A stretch of DNA of 34,767 nucleotides from NCBI GenBank assembly GCA_012026655.1, contig JAAILG010006085.1:1-34767 (forward strand), read 5' to 3'. The notes under the pieces are model-generated. The model had not been told where the DNA came from and did no database searches. It saw nothing but the letters and a program-made list of their open reading frames with translations. Each line of letters opens with the position of its first letter. Position 1 is the stretch's first letter. Below, one piece after another: positions 1 to 11,352 of this stretch. The translations under genes were made by a program, and so were the position numbers. The DNA is from Hydrolagus affinis (taxonomy: Eukaryota).

Positions 1-199
1 ACAGTCACTGTGTCTATCTGTGATGTTGAAACGCCCTCCACCACCCCAATGCACACGTACCAAACCAAAAGTTGTTGAAGATGGTGTTCCATCAAAGGGA
101 AAAGGGGAGAGATGCTTAGGAGGAGAATTCAATTTCCTCCTTCATTATTTTAAGACAAAGTTGTCTACCAAGCTAAGACAATGTGGTATTTTGGGTCAC

Positions 200-430
200 A
201 AGAGTCTGCTCTAACTGCAACTGATCATTTTTAATGGTTTTATGGACTTCTATAAGGTAATAATCAGAGGGGATTAGGAAGAAAAAAATTTCAACAGTGA
301 GTTGCTTGGATTTGGAATGAACTGCCTGAAAGGGTGTGGAAACAGGGGCAATGGGAATAATTTGCATAGGTAGATCAGGCATGAGTGGCAGGAATAGCCT
401 CCTTCGGTACTGTATAATATGATTCTTTGA
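200..430 (+). mobile_element. Diverged CR1 3' remnant
   Basis: ggattaggaagaaaaaaatttcaacagtgagttgcttggatttggaatgaactgcctgaaagggtg resembles the CR1 3' ends at 6550-6620. Confidence 0.6.
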
Positions 431-704
431 TTTGATGAACAACAACAACAAAATTACACTTCTTTAGCGCTTTTCATGTCAGGATGAAGAACATTCATGA
501 TTGAGAAAACATCAGCCACTTGATTCAACGATTCTGTTCTACTCTGCACTTGCTCATACAATATTCTTCATTTCATCCACAAAATATGCAGTCAATTCAC
601 CTTATAGTATAGTTAGTGAAGTGCTTTGTGACGACTAGAAGATGTAATAAAGTGAAATGAAAGTAGTGGTAAAATTATTGTTATTATTAGTAGTGGTATT
701 ATTA

Positions 705-987
705 TTATAATACTGCATAATAATAATATTCCTTGTATTTGATATAGCACTTTTCACATCTTCTAGACATCTCAAAGCGCTTCACAGAATATACTGTAAA
801 GTGAATTGACTGTATATTTGTGGGCGAAACACGGCAGCCAATTGTGCACAGCCCACAAACAGTCGTGGATTGAAATGACCAATTTATTATAGTTTTTTTT
901 GAGGAAACTTGCCCTGACCTGATTGGATTCGAAACGCAGGTCTCACGCTTGTAAGGCAAGTGCTCTAACCACTGAGCTACAGGGCTC
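705..987 (-). mobile_element. Near full-length tRNA-derived SINE (DeuSINE-like body, L2-type tail)
   Basis: Head with A box TAGCTCAGTGG (969-979) and B box GTTTCGAATCC (925-935). Body AATTGGCTGCCGTGTTTCGCCCACAAA. Tail AAGTGCTATATCAAATACAAG followed by (att)n. Confidence 0.8.
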
Positions 988-999
988 CTAATACGCTTA

Positions 1000-2540
1000 C
1001 AACAAAATTACATTGATGGAGCACCTTTCACGTCAGGAGACGTCCCAAGGCGCCGAACAGTTGGTTCAGGACCCGAGCGGGTGTGGGGGAGGTCAGGGTA
1101 GAAGGAAGGGGAAGGAGCATAGGAGAGTGAGGAGAGTTTGGAGGGGAGCAGAAGGTACAGTCTTGAGACCAGCCTTGAAGGAGGAAAGGGAGGAAGCGAG
1201 GCAAAGGGATTGCGGGATGGAGTTCCAGAGTGTGGGGGCAGAGAGGCTGAAAGCCCAGCCATCGATGGTAGGGTGGTTTGGGTGGGGGACATGAAGCAGG
1301 CCAGAGCCCGCTGAACAGTGGTGATGGGCAGGCTGATAGAGAGACAGCAGGTGGGAGAGATAGGTGGGGGCAAGGCCGTGAATGGCCTTGAAAGTGAGGA
1401 CGATGATTTTGAATTCAACCCTCTGGGAGATGGGGAGCTAGTGGAGACAAGTGAGGGTGGGAGTGATGTGGTCGCAGAACCTAGTGTGAGAGAGTACACG
1501 AGCTGCAGAATTCTGAATAATCTGCAGCTTGTGAAGGGAGGAGCTGGGAAGGACAACGAGGAGAGAGTTCCCGTAGTCGAGCCTAGATGTGATGAAAGCG
1601 TGGATGAGTGTTTCAGCAGCGTGGGGGATGAGGTAGTGGTGGAGTCTAGCGATGTTGCAGAGGTGGTGGAAGGCTGCACAGGTCATGGTGCGATTTGGGG
1701 GAGGAAGGATAGTTCGGGGTTGAACGAGATGCCCAGATTCCTGACTGGCTTTGAGAGGTGGAGAGAGCAGCTTTGAATGCTGATGGTGCCAGCGCCTGAG
1801 GTGTGGAGGCTCTGATGCAAGCCGATCAGGAGGGCCTCTATCTTGTTGATGTTAGTTGGAGGAAGATGTCCCTTGTCCAGGACTCAATGTCGAACAGACA
1901 TGCAGTGGTCCTGGAGTGGAGGGTGGAAGCGGAAAGGTACAGTTAGGTGTCATCCCCACAGATGTGGAAATTTACCCCATGTCTGCGGATGATGCCACCA
2001 AGTGGGAGCATGTATAGGGTGAAGAGCAGGGGGCCAAGGACAGAGCCCTGGGGAAGGCCGCATGTGACTGCAAGGGCTGGAGGAAAAACCATTGGAGGAG
2101 ACGAAGTGAAGGCGGTGTGAGAGGTATGACTGGAACCAATCAAGGGCAGAGCCTTCAAGGTTGAGGAGGGAGGAGAGGCAGTGGAGGAGGATTGCGTGGT
2201 CTACGGTGGCAGACAGATCGAGGAGGATGAGGAGTCAGAGGGAACCCTGGTCGCAGATGGTCAAGATGTCGTTTGTCACCTTGACCAGAGCAGTTTTCCT
2301 GCTGTGGGCAGCACGGAAACCCGATTGGAGGGGTTCGAAAAGTGAGTGGGTTGAGAGGAAAGAGCGGAGTTGGGAGGCAACCACTCTTTCGAGGACTTTG
2401 GACAGGAATGGGAGGTTGGAGATGGGCCGGCAGCTTGAGAGCTGTGATACATTGAGGGAAGGTTTCTTTAGGATGGGGGTGATAGTGGCAGTTTTGAGGG
2501 GAGTGGGAACGGTGCCAGATGAAAGGGACAGGTTAATAGT
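1000..2540 (-). mobile_element. L2 (CR1-clade) LINE 3' fragment with decayed reverse transcriptase
   Basis: [21 protein letters not shown]...HICGDDT (RT motifs) and AAETLIHAFITSRLDYGNSLL...LQIIQNSAAR (L2 ORF2 C-terminus). Tail ends in (ttg)n near 1000. Confidence 0.9.
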
Positions 2541-2864
2541 GGTTAAATACTATTAGTAGTAGTATTGTTATTAATATTACAATCCAAGTGGCTGGCTTGG
2601 AATTATGCTTTGTTTTAACCAATGTATTCAAAATCTCTTCTTATGAAATATCTAACCAGCTGCAACTGGGTCCCCATTTTGAATTTTGGAAATATTTATT
2701 GTTCCATATTGCATATAGATATAATGTGCAGTGAATTTCGTTGAACATCCCGTTGGTAACAGCAATGACTTGATGAGCTGAATTGCTTCCTTCTGTTTGG
2801 CAATCGCTATAACTGAGGTCAAAGTGAAGCCTGCCACTCTGAACTTCACATCCCTGTGTCTTAC

Positions 2865-3227
2865 CTTTGTAGCAAGTGTAACGATAAGTCTGGTTGCAGT
2901 CGCTGTTAAACCACAGACCGTTGTTCATAGCAACACAGATCACAGAAGACACATAGAAATTTGCCTCCTCTCTCCAGTGTGTGTAGTTGAATGTGTCTCC
3001 GTTTGTCCATGTCCACCCAACATTGGACTCATTATTATAGTACAGTCCAATCCAAAGAGGGATGTCAGGGGCAAACATCTGAGATATGAACCTGAGCTCC
3101 TCTGGATTCCGGACGCTGACAATATCAGTGTGATGATTGCGGCAGTAATCCCGAGCTTCAGTCCAGTTTTTCTGCTGGTTGATATGTATATATTCTCTGT
3201 CCTGGGGTTTTACAGGTTGAGACACAT
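2865..3227 (-). CDS. CTLD9 exon (363 nt, phase 1-1, EAN variant)
   Basis: ttttctttctcag| acceptor and AAAG|gtaaga donor. KNWTEARDYC...LWIGL...CVAMNNGLWFNSDCNQTYRYTC. Confidence 0.92.
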
Positions 3228-3506
3228 CTGAGAAAGAAAAACGATAACAATAATACTCGCATTTGACAAATCACTTCAAGATGTCTATAAGCATTTCATA
3301 GAATTAACTCTTAAGATCCTTGTCCTTCTATTCAAACTCCAAAACCCTCTTGACCATCTCTTACAATTTATACTCTATCCCATTCCCTGTCTGAATGCTC
3401 TGCACTTCTGGTTGACTTGTTCTGTCCATCTCATCAAGGAAACAATAATGAAAAACAACTTGTGTAGTTGAAAATTTCCCAAATGCTTGTAATTTACCGA
3501 TTTTAT

Positions 3507-3875
3507 CTTTGTAGCAAGTAAACTGGTACGTTTGATTGCAGTCATTATGAAGCCACAGAGCATTGATCACAGCCACACAGATTCTGGGGCTTGGATTATC
3601 TGGTTCCGGAAGTTTCCAATGGTCATTATTGAACTTGTCTCCATTTATCCACTTCCAGCCTGCATTAGGTTGCTTATTATCATGGTACAGTCCGATCCAG
3701 ACAGGTGCATCTCCTCTAAACAGCTCAGATATCCCCTCCTGCTCCTTTGGGTTGCTGATGCTGGCAAGGTCTGTATAGAAATTGCGGCAGTGATCGCGGG
3801 CGTCACTCCAGTTTTTCGTTTGGTTGACTCTGTGATATGTTCTGTCCTGTTGCTTTGTTCTCGGATCTAATGGAT
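3507..3875 (-). CDS. CTLD8 exon (369 nt, EPD variant); canonical donor mutated GT>AT, alternative phase-1 donor at 3498
   Basis: Open CTLD frame KNWSDARDHC...VWIGL...EPDN...CVAVINALWLHNDCNQTYQFTC. Ends AAAG|ataaaa, with ATCG|gtaaat 9 nt downstream. Confidence 0.82.
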
Positions 3876-4065
3876 CTAACAAGAGACCATCAAATCAGGA
3901 AATAGCCTAGAGATCAAATGGTTTCTATTTCTTGCAAAGGTTTTTTGGGGTGGGGGGGAAAGCAAAGACAGTTCATATATAGTTTCGCCCCCATAATACA
4001 CAGTCACCGTATACACTTTGCAGTTTATGTTGCAGAGTGAAACATTATATCAAATGCAAAGATTA

Positions 4066-4434
4066 CCGTAAATACCCGCGTATAAGGCGCACTCACGTAT
4101 AAGGTGCACCCCCCACTTTTGACCACCTCGTGGCGAAAAAAAATGATATTGCCAGTGGAATTTTTTTTCCCGCCGGAGATATCATCGGAAAAAAAATTTC
4201 CACCAAAAAAAAATCCAGCAGCGGTGCAGTAAGAATTACCGGACATCGAAGGTGAGTAGCGCCTGGTCTGCGTTGCCGATCCTGGAGAGCGGGTAGTCAT
4301 ACTGGCGGCGCAGTTTGATGACGTACCTCTGGGGGCTGGTCGTCTTTTCCTTGTATCTGCATATAAGGCGCACCCCCCTCTTTCGAGACTTTACGACACG
4401 AAAAAAAGTGCGCCTTATACCCGGAGATTTACGG
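4066..4434. mobile_element. Non-autonomous Tc1/mariner-superfamily (Tc2/pogo-like) MITE
   Basis: TA target duplication at 4064-65 and 4435-36. Imperfect TIRs CCGTAAAT.c.CG.GTATAAGGCGCAC at both ends. Repeated subterminal TATAAGGYGCAC motifs. Confidence 0.85.
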
Positions 4435-4730
4435 TACTATATTATAGCACAAATACCGTCATCAAATTGGAAACCTTATCAAAGAAACAATCAAGACAGT
4501 ATAATGTTCTCTTTGATAGAGCAAGTGTCACACATGTTTATTGAGTCTCACATATAAATAACTTAACAGAGTGAATATTTTGAGAGGAAATTTTCTGAAG
4601 GGTGTGGATGCATAGCAGGGAATTTGAACTAAGTGGCATTGCAATTGGCTTAATGGCTTGTACCTCTAACTGATATGATTTGAGAAAGGGAAGCAATCTT
4701 CTTGACAATCATCTCACTCCCTGATCTTAC

Positions 4731-5096
4731 CTTGGTAGCAACTGAACCTGTACGTTTGATTGCAGTTGTCATTAAACCACACACCACTGTTCATAGCAAC
4801 ACAAATCTCAGCACCTGGGTAGACATTCAGTTCATTATCTTTCCACTGTGTGTAACTGAGCTCATCTTCGTTTATCCATTTCCACCCAGTCGTGGTGCGG
4901 TTACTGTTGTAAAGGCCAATCCAGTAAGGTTTATCTCCATCAAACATCTTAGATACGATCTCCTGCTCCTCAGTGCTCCGAATGCTGATAAGATCCATGT
5001 AATGCCTGCGGCAGTAATCCCGCGCTTCAATCCACTTTTTACGTTGGTCTATCCAGTAATAATCCCTGTGTGCTGATTTTGTGGTTGGGAATAGAT
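4731..5096 (-). CDS. CTLD7 exon (366 nt, phase 1-1, ELN variant)
   Basis: cactcaccag| acceptor and CAAG|gtaaga donor. KKWIEARDYC...YWIGL...EICVAMNSGVWFNDNCNQTYRFSC. Confidence 0.92.
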
Positions 5097-5469
5097 CTGG
5101 TGAGTGCAAAGGCAGCAGAAAATTGGTACAAGCTCCAATGATATCCAGTTTGCAACTCCTTCAATCCTTAATCGCTGAATGTTATATTAAATTCTCAGGT
5201 TTTCATCCATACCTTGTCTTTATTCTTTCTACCTCACTTAATTCCCTCCCCCCCCCTCCCCCCCCACCCCACACACACAGAATACTCCTTAACATTCGAT
5301 CTCTTCAATGTTCTTCTAGTCCAAACCAATTTCCCATTACCTATGCAGATCCCTCCATTAAATCATTGACTGTGATTTCAGCTTCACTAAGGAAGTGGAT
5401 GTTGCTGATGGTGACACTTAGCAGGAGCAAGATGGTAGCCATTGGTGGACACTAGAAATAAGTTTTTAC

Positions 5470-5571
5470 CTGATAAATGATTGCTTTGAGAGTTCGGAGG
5501 TATCGTTGGTGTGGGCAGAGATATTTCTTTTGGAGGAAGCTTTGTGGGTTGTGGAGATGATTGCTTAAGAA
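5470..5571 (-). CDS. Pro/Ser/Thr-rich linker exon (102 nt): VLKQSSPQPTKLPPKEISLPTPTIPPNSQSNHLS
   Basis: tctggctttaacag| acceptor, TCAG|gtaaaa donor, open phase 1-1. Confidence 0.72.
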
Positions 5572-5934
5572 CTGTTAAAGCCAGAAACAGACATCATGCC
5601 ATTCACTATTGGACTGATATGTTGTTTCAATGATTGCAATGAACTGTAAAGATCTTATCATAATCATAATGACTCACAGTGTGTCTCAGTGGAGATATTG
5701 AAAGAAATTTTGGAACTGTTTTAGGCAAAGTTGGCAGATTTTGTTAAAAAGGTGATCATTGCATTGTAAAATAAGTTATCCCATAAGAAATTGGGTGCTT
5801 CACTGAAATGAAGTATATTATTCAGAGATTGTAGGGATTTGGAGGAAAGAGCAGTCAAATGGAATGAGAATGTATTGTTCCAATGCTAGATGCAACAGCA
5901 GAGCAAATATGACAAACTCACAGAAGTGAGAGAA

Positions 5935-6440
5935 GTAATAATAGTGCTTGCATTTTATATAGCACCTTATCACGTCTTCTAGACATCTCAAAGCTCTTCA
6001 CAGAATATACTGCAAAGTAGAATTGGCAGTATATTTTCGGACGAAATGCAGTAGCTTGTTGCACATGGCAGTGTCCCACAAACCATTAAATCAGTCATTG
6101 AGTGACTGATTTATCATTTTATTATCTTATTTTTGAAGGAATGATTACCTCGGGAAAAGCGATCCACTAATCAATTAACAACCAGGTTCTTACTTCCTGA
6201 TGGGTAAACCGAGGCATGTGGAGCAAGGAAATGTACCCAAAGTTTTGCCGTACTGGGACCTGAACCCAGGTCCTCTCCAATAACACAATAATAAAAATTG
6301 GTCATTTCAATCCATGACGGTTTGAGGGTACGTTGCTGTGCGCAATTGGCTGCTGCGTTGCACCCACAAATATACAGCCAATTCACTTTACAGTATATTC
6401 TGTGAAGCACTTTGAGACGTCGATCAGATGTGAAATTTGC
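5935..6440. mobile_element. Two partial copies of the same SINE in opposite orientations (5935-6130 minus, 6280-6440 plus)
   Basis: They share the core cacagaatatactg.aaag...cccacaaac with the 705-987 copy. Confidence 0.7.
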
Positions 6441-6800
6441 TTATGTGAAAGGTTTCGACAGGCTAGATAGGGAAAAGCTGTTTCCGCTGGTAGGTGTGTC
6501 TGTGACCCGTGGACACAGTCTTAAGATATCTACCAAAAGAAGCAGAGGGGAGGTTAGAAGAAATTTTTTTACTCAGCGAGTTGTTCGAATTTGGAATGAT
6601 CTGCCAGAAAGGATAGTGAGGTCCGATTCGATAGCAGCTTTTAAGAGAGAACTAGATAGGTATCTGGGGAAGATGGGTTTGCAGGGTTATGGGGAGAAAG
6701 CTGGTGATTGGAGTTAACAAAAGTGACTTGCTCGGTCAAAGAGCCGGCACAGACTCGATGGGCTGAATGACCTCCTTCTGTGCCGTAAAAGAAAAAAAAA
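6432..6800 (+). mobile_element. CR1 LINE 3' end
   Basis: KGFDRLDREKLFPL...TRGHSLKI...RRNFFTQRVVRIWNDLP, followed by the tail gatgggctgaatgacctcc. Confidence 0.85.
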
Positions 6801-6932
6801 ATGCAAGGATTATTATTATTATTGAGAGGTGAATTCTCTAAATACTGTCTTATAGGACTCTGCCTGACAGAATATGTTTGCGTGTCTGGACAGAACTGCC
6901 AGTCGTATTAACATCAGGCTTCCCAATCTTAC

Positions 6933-7286
6933 CTTTGTGGCACATAAACCGGTATGTATGATTGCAGTAATCGTCGAACCACGTCTCGTTCCCTACAGCC
7001 ACACAGACCATAGCTTCTTGATAACCATTAGGCTCCTTCTCTTTCCAGTGTGTATAATTGAAGTTGTCTCCATTGATCCACTTCCAACCTATTTCAGAGT
7101 GGTTATTATTAAAGAGCCCGATCCACAAAGCAAAGTCTCTGTAAAACATCGAAGTGAAGATTTTCTGCTCCTCTGGGTTCCGAACGCTGACAAGATCTGT
7201 GTAATGTTTGCGGCAGTAATCCCGCGCATCAGACCAGCTTTTCCTCTGGTCGATAAGGTGATACCCTCTGTCTGCAGGATTAATTT
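6933..7286 (-). CDS. CTLD6 exon (354 nt, phase 1-1, EPN motif)
   Basis: ctctcaccag| acceptor and AAAG|gtaaga donor. KSWSDARDYC...LWIGL...EPNG...CVAVGNETWFDDYCNHTYRFMC. Confidence 0.92.
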
Positions 7287-7654
7287 CTGGTGAGAGAAGG
7301 TAACATGAGAAAGTAAGGTATCCAAATACCATTTAGTCCTGTTATCCAAAAGATCTGATACATTTCAAATTTGAATGTCTGAGCTCTCCCAAACCAATGC
7401 CAATTCTCTCAGAACTATTATAGAGCCCATACCCTCAAAATGTGCATTGAATCTCAGTATTTTCTTCCATTCCCATCACTAACACGATCCTCACATTCAT
7501 AGATCACATTCCAAGTTATCTTTTCCTCTACTATGCAAAATATTCTTATCTTTTAGACTTTGATTTCAATCCATGATTCTTCATCTCTCTTATCTCTCTT
7601 GACCTGTACCAATATGCCTTAAAAAAGTTAGAGGGTCCTTTCTCTGTGACAATA

Positions 7655-8070
7655 TCTTGGTCCTCACATTCAAAGCCCTCCTTGGCCTTGCCCCACTCTA
7701 CCTCTGCATCCTCCTAACCCCTGACAACCTGTCTGCCCCCTGCGCTCAACAGGCTCTGGCCTCCTCCAGATCCCCTGACCCACCCACCCCACCATTAGTG
7801 ACCGAGTTTTCAGCCTCCCTGTCCCTAACCTCTGGACCGCCATCTCACAGTCCCTCTGCCTCGTCCCTCTCTGGCCTCCTTCAAGTCCCACCTCAAGACC
7901 CTCCTCTTTGATGGTCCCATTGGTCATCCCAAATTCCCCCCCCCACCCCCTTTCCCTCCACCCTCTCTGTCCCTGACCCCAGCTCAGGTCTGAAACAACG
8001 ACTGTCCAGTGCCTTAGGACATCCTCCTGACGTGGAAGGTGCTGTACAAGTTTAATTTTGTTGTTATTGT
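7655..8070 (+). mobile_element. L2 LINE 3' end
   Basis: Homologous to the 3' part of 1000-2540. Ends ggacatcctcctgacgtggaaggtgctgtacaagt...(ttg)n. Confidence 0.8.
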
Positions 8071-8396
8071 GCGAAGGTTGCTATATCAATGTACATTTAC
8101 ACTAACTTAGCATGAGAGATCCTATATAAATGCCTGATATTAACATTATGGATGGGAAAGTCTATATCGCTATTTTTAATGTCTAAAATATGTTCTTATG
8201 CCCCGTAAAGTATCACCATCCCCACATGTCCTGTCCCAAACTATATATTGTATCCTGATATACTACTGTATTTAGTAACAGAATTCTATCTAACTTATTC
8301 TTGAGAACATGTTAGATAGACTTCTGTTATTTTCAAAAATAAATTAGATAGATTTCTGTTGCTAAATAATATCAACACTTTCCTGCCCGATCTTAC

Positions 8397-8762
8397 CTTT
8401 GTAACAAGCGAACCTGTAAGTCTGATTGCAGTAGTTATCAAACCATAGACTATTGATCATAGCAGCACAGATCACAGATCCTGGTGGAGCATTTGGCTCC
8501 TTGTAGTTCCAGTGTGTGTAGATCAATTCATCACCGTTGATCCACTCCCATATGGTTGTAGTGTAGTTATTGTTGTACAGCCCAAGCCAGAGTGGTGTGT
8601 CTTTACTGAACAGTTGAGTAATATATATATTCTCCTCTGCGCTCCGAATGCTGACAATATCCGTGTAGTAAGTGGTACAGTAACTGCGGGCTTCAGCCCA
8701 TCTTTTCCTTGTTTCAATGCGGTAATACTCTCTTTTCAGGGCATTGATGGCTAGAGATGTAT
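8397..8762 (-). CDS. CTLD5 exon (366 nt, phase 1-1, EPN motif); absent from the supplied ORF track
   Basis: ctctcacaag| acceptor and AAAG|gtaaga donor. Hand translation is open: DTSLAINALKREYYRIETRKRWAEARSYCTTYYTDIVSIRSAEENIYITQLFSKDTPLWLGLYNNNYTTTIWEWINGDELIYTHWNYKEPNAPPGSVICAAMINSLWFDNYCNQTYRFACYK. Confidence 0.9.
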
Positions 8763-8984
8763 CTTGTGAGAGAAGATTACTTTAGTAAATAGTTCAAGCT
8801 CTACAAGGTCCCAGTTCCCCCAATAGGAGTGATTTTGAGATCGATATTTTTAATTTTCAAATCCCTTTGTCTTGCTGTGTCCCATCTTATCCAATCTCTT
8901 CTGAGAATCTACCCTCATGAAGGGTACTTTATCAATACAAGTTGTTGTTCAGTAATATTACACTTTGCTCTTCCCACCTGACCA

Positions 8985-9150
8985 TTGTTGATCCTTTTAA
9001 CCCCCTACCAGCCTGTCCCCTCCGCTTAGCAGACTCTGGCCTCCTCCTTGTCCCCTGAACCACCCGCCCCACCATTAGTGAGCGAGCCTTCAGCCCCTCT
9101 GCCCCTAACCTCTGGAACTCCATCCCACAGTCCCTCCACCTCCACCCCTC
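8985..9150 (+). mobile_element. Short L2 fragment
   Basis: cccaccattagtgagcgagccttcagcc...cctaacctctggaactcc matches the other L2 copies. Confidence 0.65.
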
Positions 9151-9693
9151 CCTGGTCATTGGTGATCAAATATTCAACCACTATCAATCAATCAGCAAAA
9201 ATCCCCTCACTTCCTTTCTCCACGCCTTCAAATCTTTCTTCAAACTATCTGTTGTCATTATTTTGGGCAACACCATCAAAACTTTCCTTTTTGCCCTTTA
9301 TCATACCTGCAAACTGTTTTGAGATATTTATTCTCCATGAAAAGGGATTACACAAGTCACAACTGTTGATGGGAATAACCAAGACCCAATAAGGGTTCGA
9401 TTGAACTGAGATTCTAATCAATGAGCAACCACTTATATTTTGTAATTCTGTCGGCCTGTTGACCCACCTGTACAGAAAATATAGTGACCGAGAAGCAGTG
9501 ACCAAAAGAGAGAATTAAATTAAAGATATAAACATAAAAGAAAGAGAAAACCTAGAAGAAATGCTAAAAGAAGAAACAAAATAGTATTTGATAGCATCAT
9601 AATGAAATTCATGCACCAAATAGCTTCCACCTGCAGTGTGACTCCAGGAATGCAGGTCCACATCACATTACACATCACCCTCACTGAACTTAT

Positions 9694-10021
9694 CTCTGTA
9701 ACAACTAAAGCTTTGGTAAGTTTGATGACAGTAATCATCAAATACATAGACCATTGCTCATAGCATCAAAGACCAAGGCTCCTGAGTCCATTTTGTCTCC
9801 TCCGCTTTGCTGTTTGCACATTCAGACTGCTCTCCAATTATCTACTTGCACTTGGCTATTGTGGAGCTGTAATTTTCTACAACCCAGAGAGGAGTATCTT
9901 TGTCAGATAACTGATATCTGAGAATATGATCCTCTGAGCTCCTAACACTAATAAGATCTATACTTCAGCCCAGTTGTTTCTTAGATTAATCCTGTGATAG
10001 TCACTGCTTGTGGATTCAGTT
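9694..10021 (-). pseudogene. Decayed CTLD exon
   Basis: Recognisable fragments (DYHRINLRNNWAE, DLISVRSSED, TPLWV, AMSNG, FDDYCHQTYQSFSCYR) in shifting frames, with stops, a deletion and a donor mutated to AT. Confidence 0.8.
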
Positions 10022-10318
10022 CTCGTCATTCACATTGCAATTGTAACCAGCATATAAAACATGTCTCTTATTGCTGCACCAAATCCTCCGTTATTTCAGT
10101 GTTTTGATATACAAGTGTAATTTATGTTGAATATTGAATTCAAGGTGACAACTGCTGCTATTATCAACAGGAATGAAACAAGAAAGTGTGTTTATTTGTG
10201 GAAATATCTACCAAAATTAATAACAACACTCCTATAATACTTTAACTGCATGGACCTTCTTTCATCCAAACCAACCTTGGAACATTGTGAACTTGTTCCT
10301 AATAGAGAAACTTGTTAC

Positions 10319-10432
10319 CTGCTGCAGTATTATTTTGAGAGATGGGAGAGTTCAAAGTTGAAATTGGAGTTGTTTCTGTGGCAAAAATGATTGGGGTTTG
10401 TGGAGACGGGGAAGTCAATGGAACTCGAAGGT
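10319..10432 (-). CDS. Mucin-like repeat exon, copy a (114 nt, in-frame 3-nt deletion): DLRVPLTSPSPQTPIIFATETTPISTLNSPISQNNTAA
   Basis: ttccttctgtatacag| acceptor, GCAG|gtaaca donor, open frame. Confidence 0.75.
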
Positions 10433-10964
10433 CTGTATACAGAAGGAACGTCATACATTGTTATTGACATGGCAACTGAAATTGCTATACATCAAATATT
10501 AAGCTTATATAGCCCACTCATATCATACTCGCATTGAGGTGAGCAACAAGACCTTGGCAGAAATGCTCTTAATCTTGATTTTCAAACCTCTGCAAGTAGC
10601 TTTAATCACTCTGGTAATCCAAAGTTCCCATAACTTCCTTCCGTTCCTGGTTGGACGAAACCTTGGGCAAGTTGCCTTACTCCACATGGTTATGATCACT
10701 CAAAAACAATAATAAAGTTGTCTTTTCAATCTATGACTCTATATCATTGCTGCGAGCAATTGGCTTTTGCATTTCACTGACAAATATACAGACAATTTAC
10801 TTTACAGGATATTTTGTGAAGTGCTTTGAGATGTCTAGAAGATGCAAAATTAAATACAAGTATTATTATTATTATATTCATTGATGCCACTGCTCAAACA
10901 AAATAATCCAATGCCATGTTGCATTGCATTTGTTTCTCTTTCACCACCTTTAAAACCATTTTAT

Positions 10965-11110
10965 GCAAAAGAAAGCGAAAGAGAGAACAAACAGAAGAGA
11001 GGATGAAAGAAAGCGAGAACAAAAGAGTTAATCAAAGAGAGAGAGGGAAAGAGAGGGAGAAGGAGGGAGAGGAAGAAAGGGAGGGAGCGAGGGAGTAAGG
11101 GAGTGAGAAT
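10965..11110. repeat. GA-rich low-complexity tract or microsatellite
   Basis: (GA)n and GGA-rich purine run. Confidence 0.8.
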
Positions 11111-11352
11111 GAACGAACAAATGAACAAAGATATTTCTTCTGGAATTCTTTCATTACATCTAAATGATGCCAGAAACCTGTCTGATAGACTGCACATTTG
11201 GTTTGTATAATTGCATCCCATGTTTTTCTTGACTGCGTTCCATAAGATCTGCAAACCACTTTGAGAAACCCAGGCTATATAAATGCTGCTGTACAAATAG
11301 GGTGGATAGAAGCCATTTAATTATTTATTGATTATGGGAAATACGTTTGTAC

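Noticed and set aside
915-990. tRNA gene (also near 12070-12150 and 27975-28047)
   Set aside because: The A and B boxes are present, but they are SINE heads continuous with the repeated SINE body and have no complete cloverleaf.
2655-2812. Possible phase 1-1 exon just after CTLD9
   Set aside because: It would require a 52-nt intron, which is too short for typical vertebrate splicing.
5341-5442. Minus-strand MATILLLLSVTISNIHF..., considered as a second leader upstream of CTLD7
   Set aside because: No good phase-1 donor after the hydrophobic run, and the frame ends in TAG.
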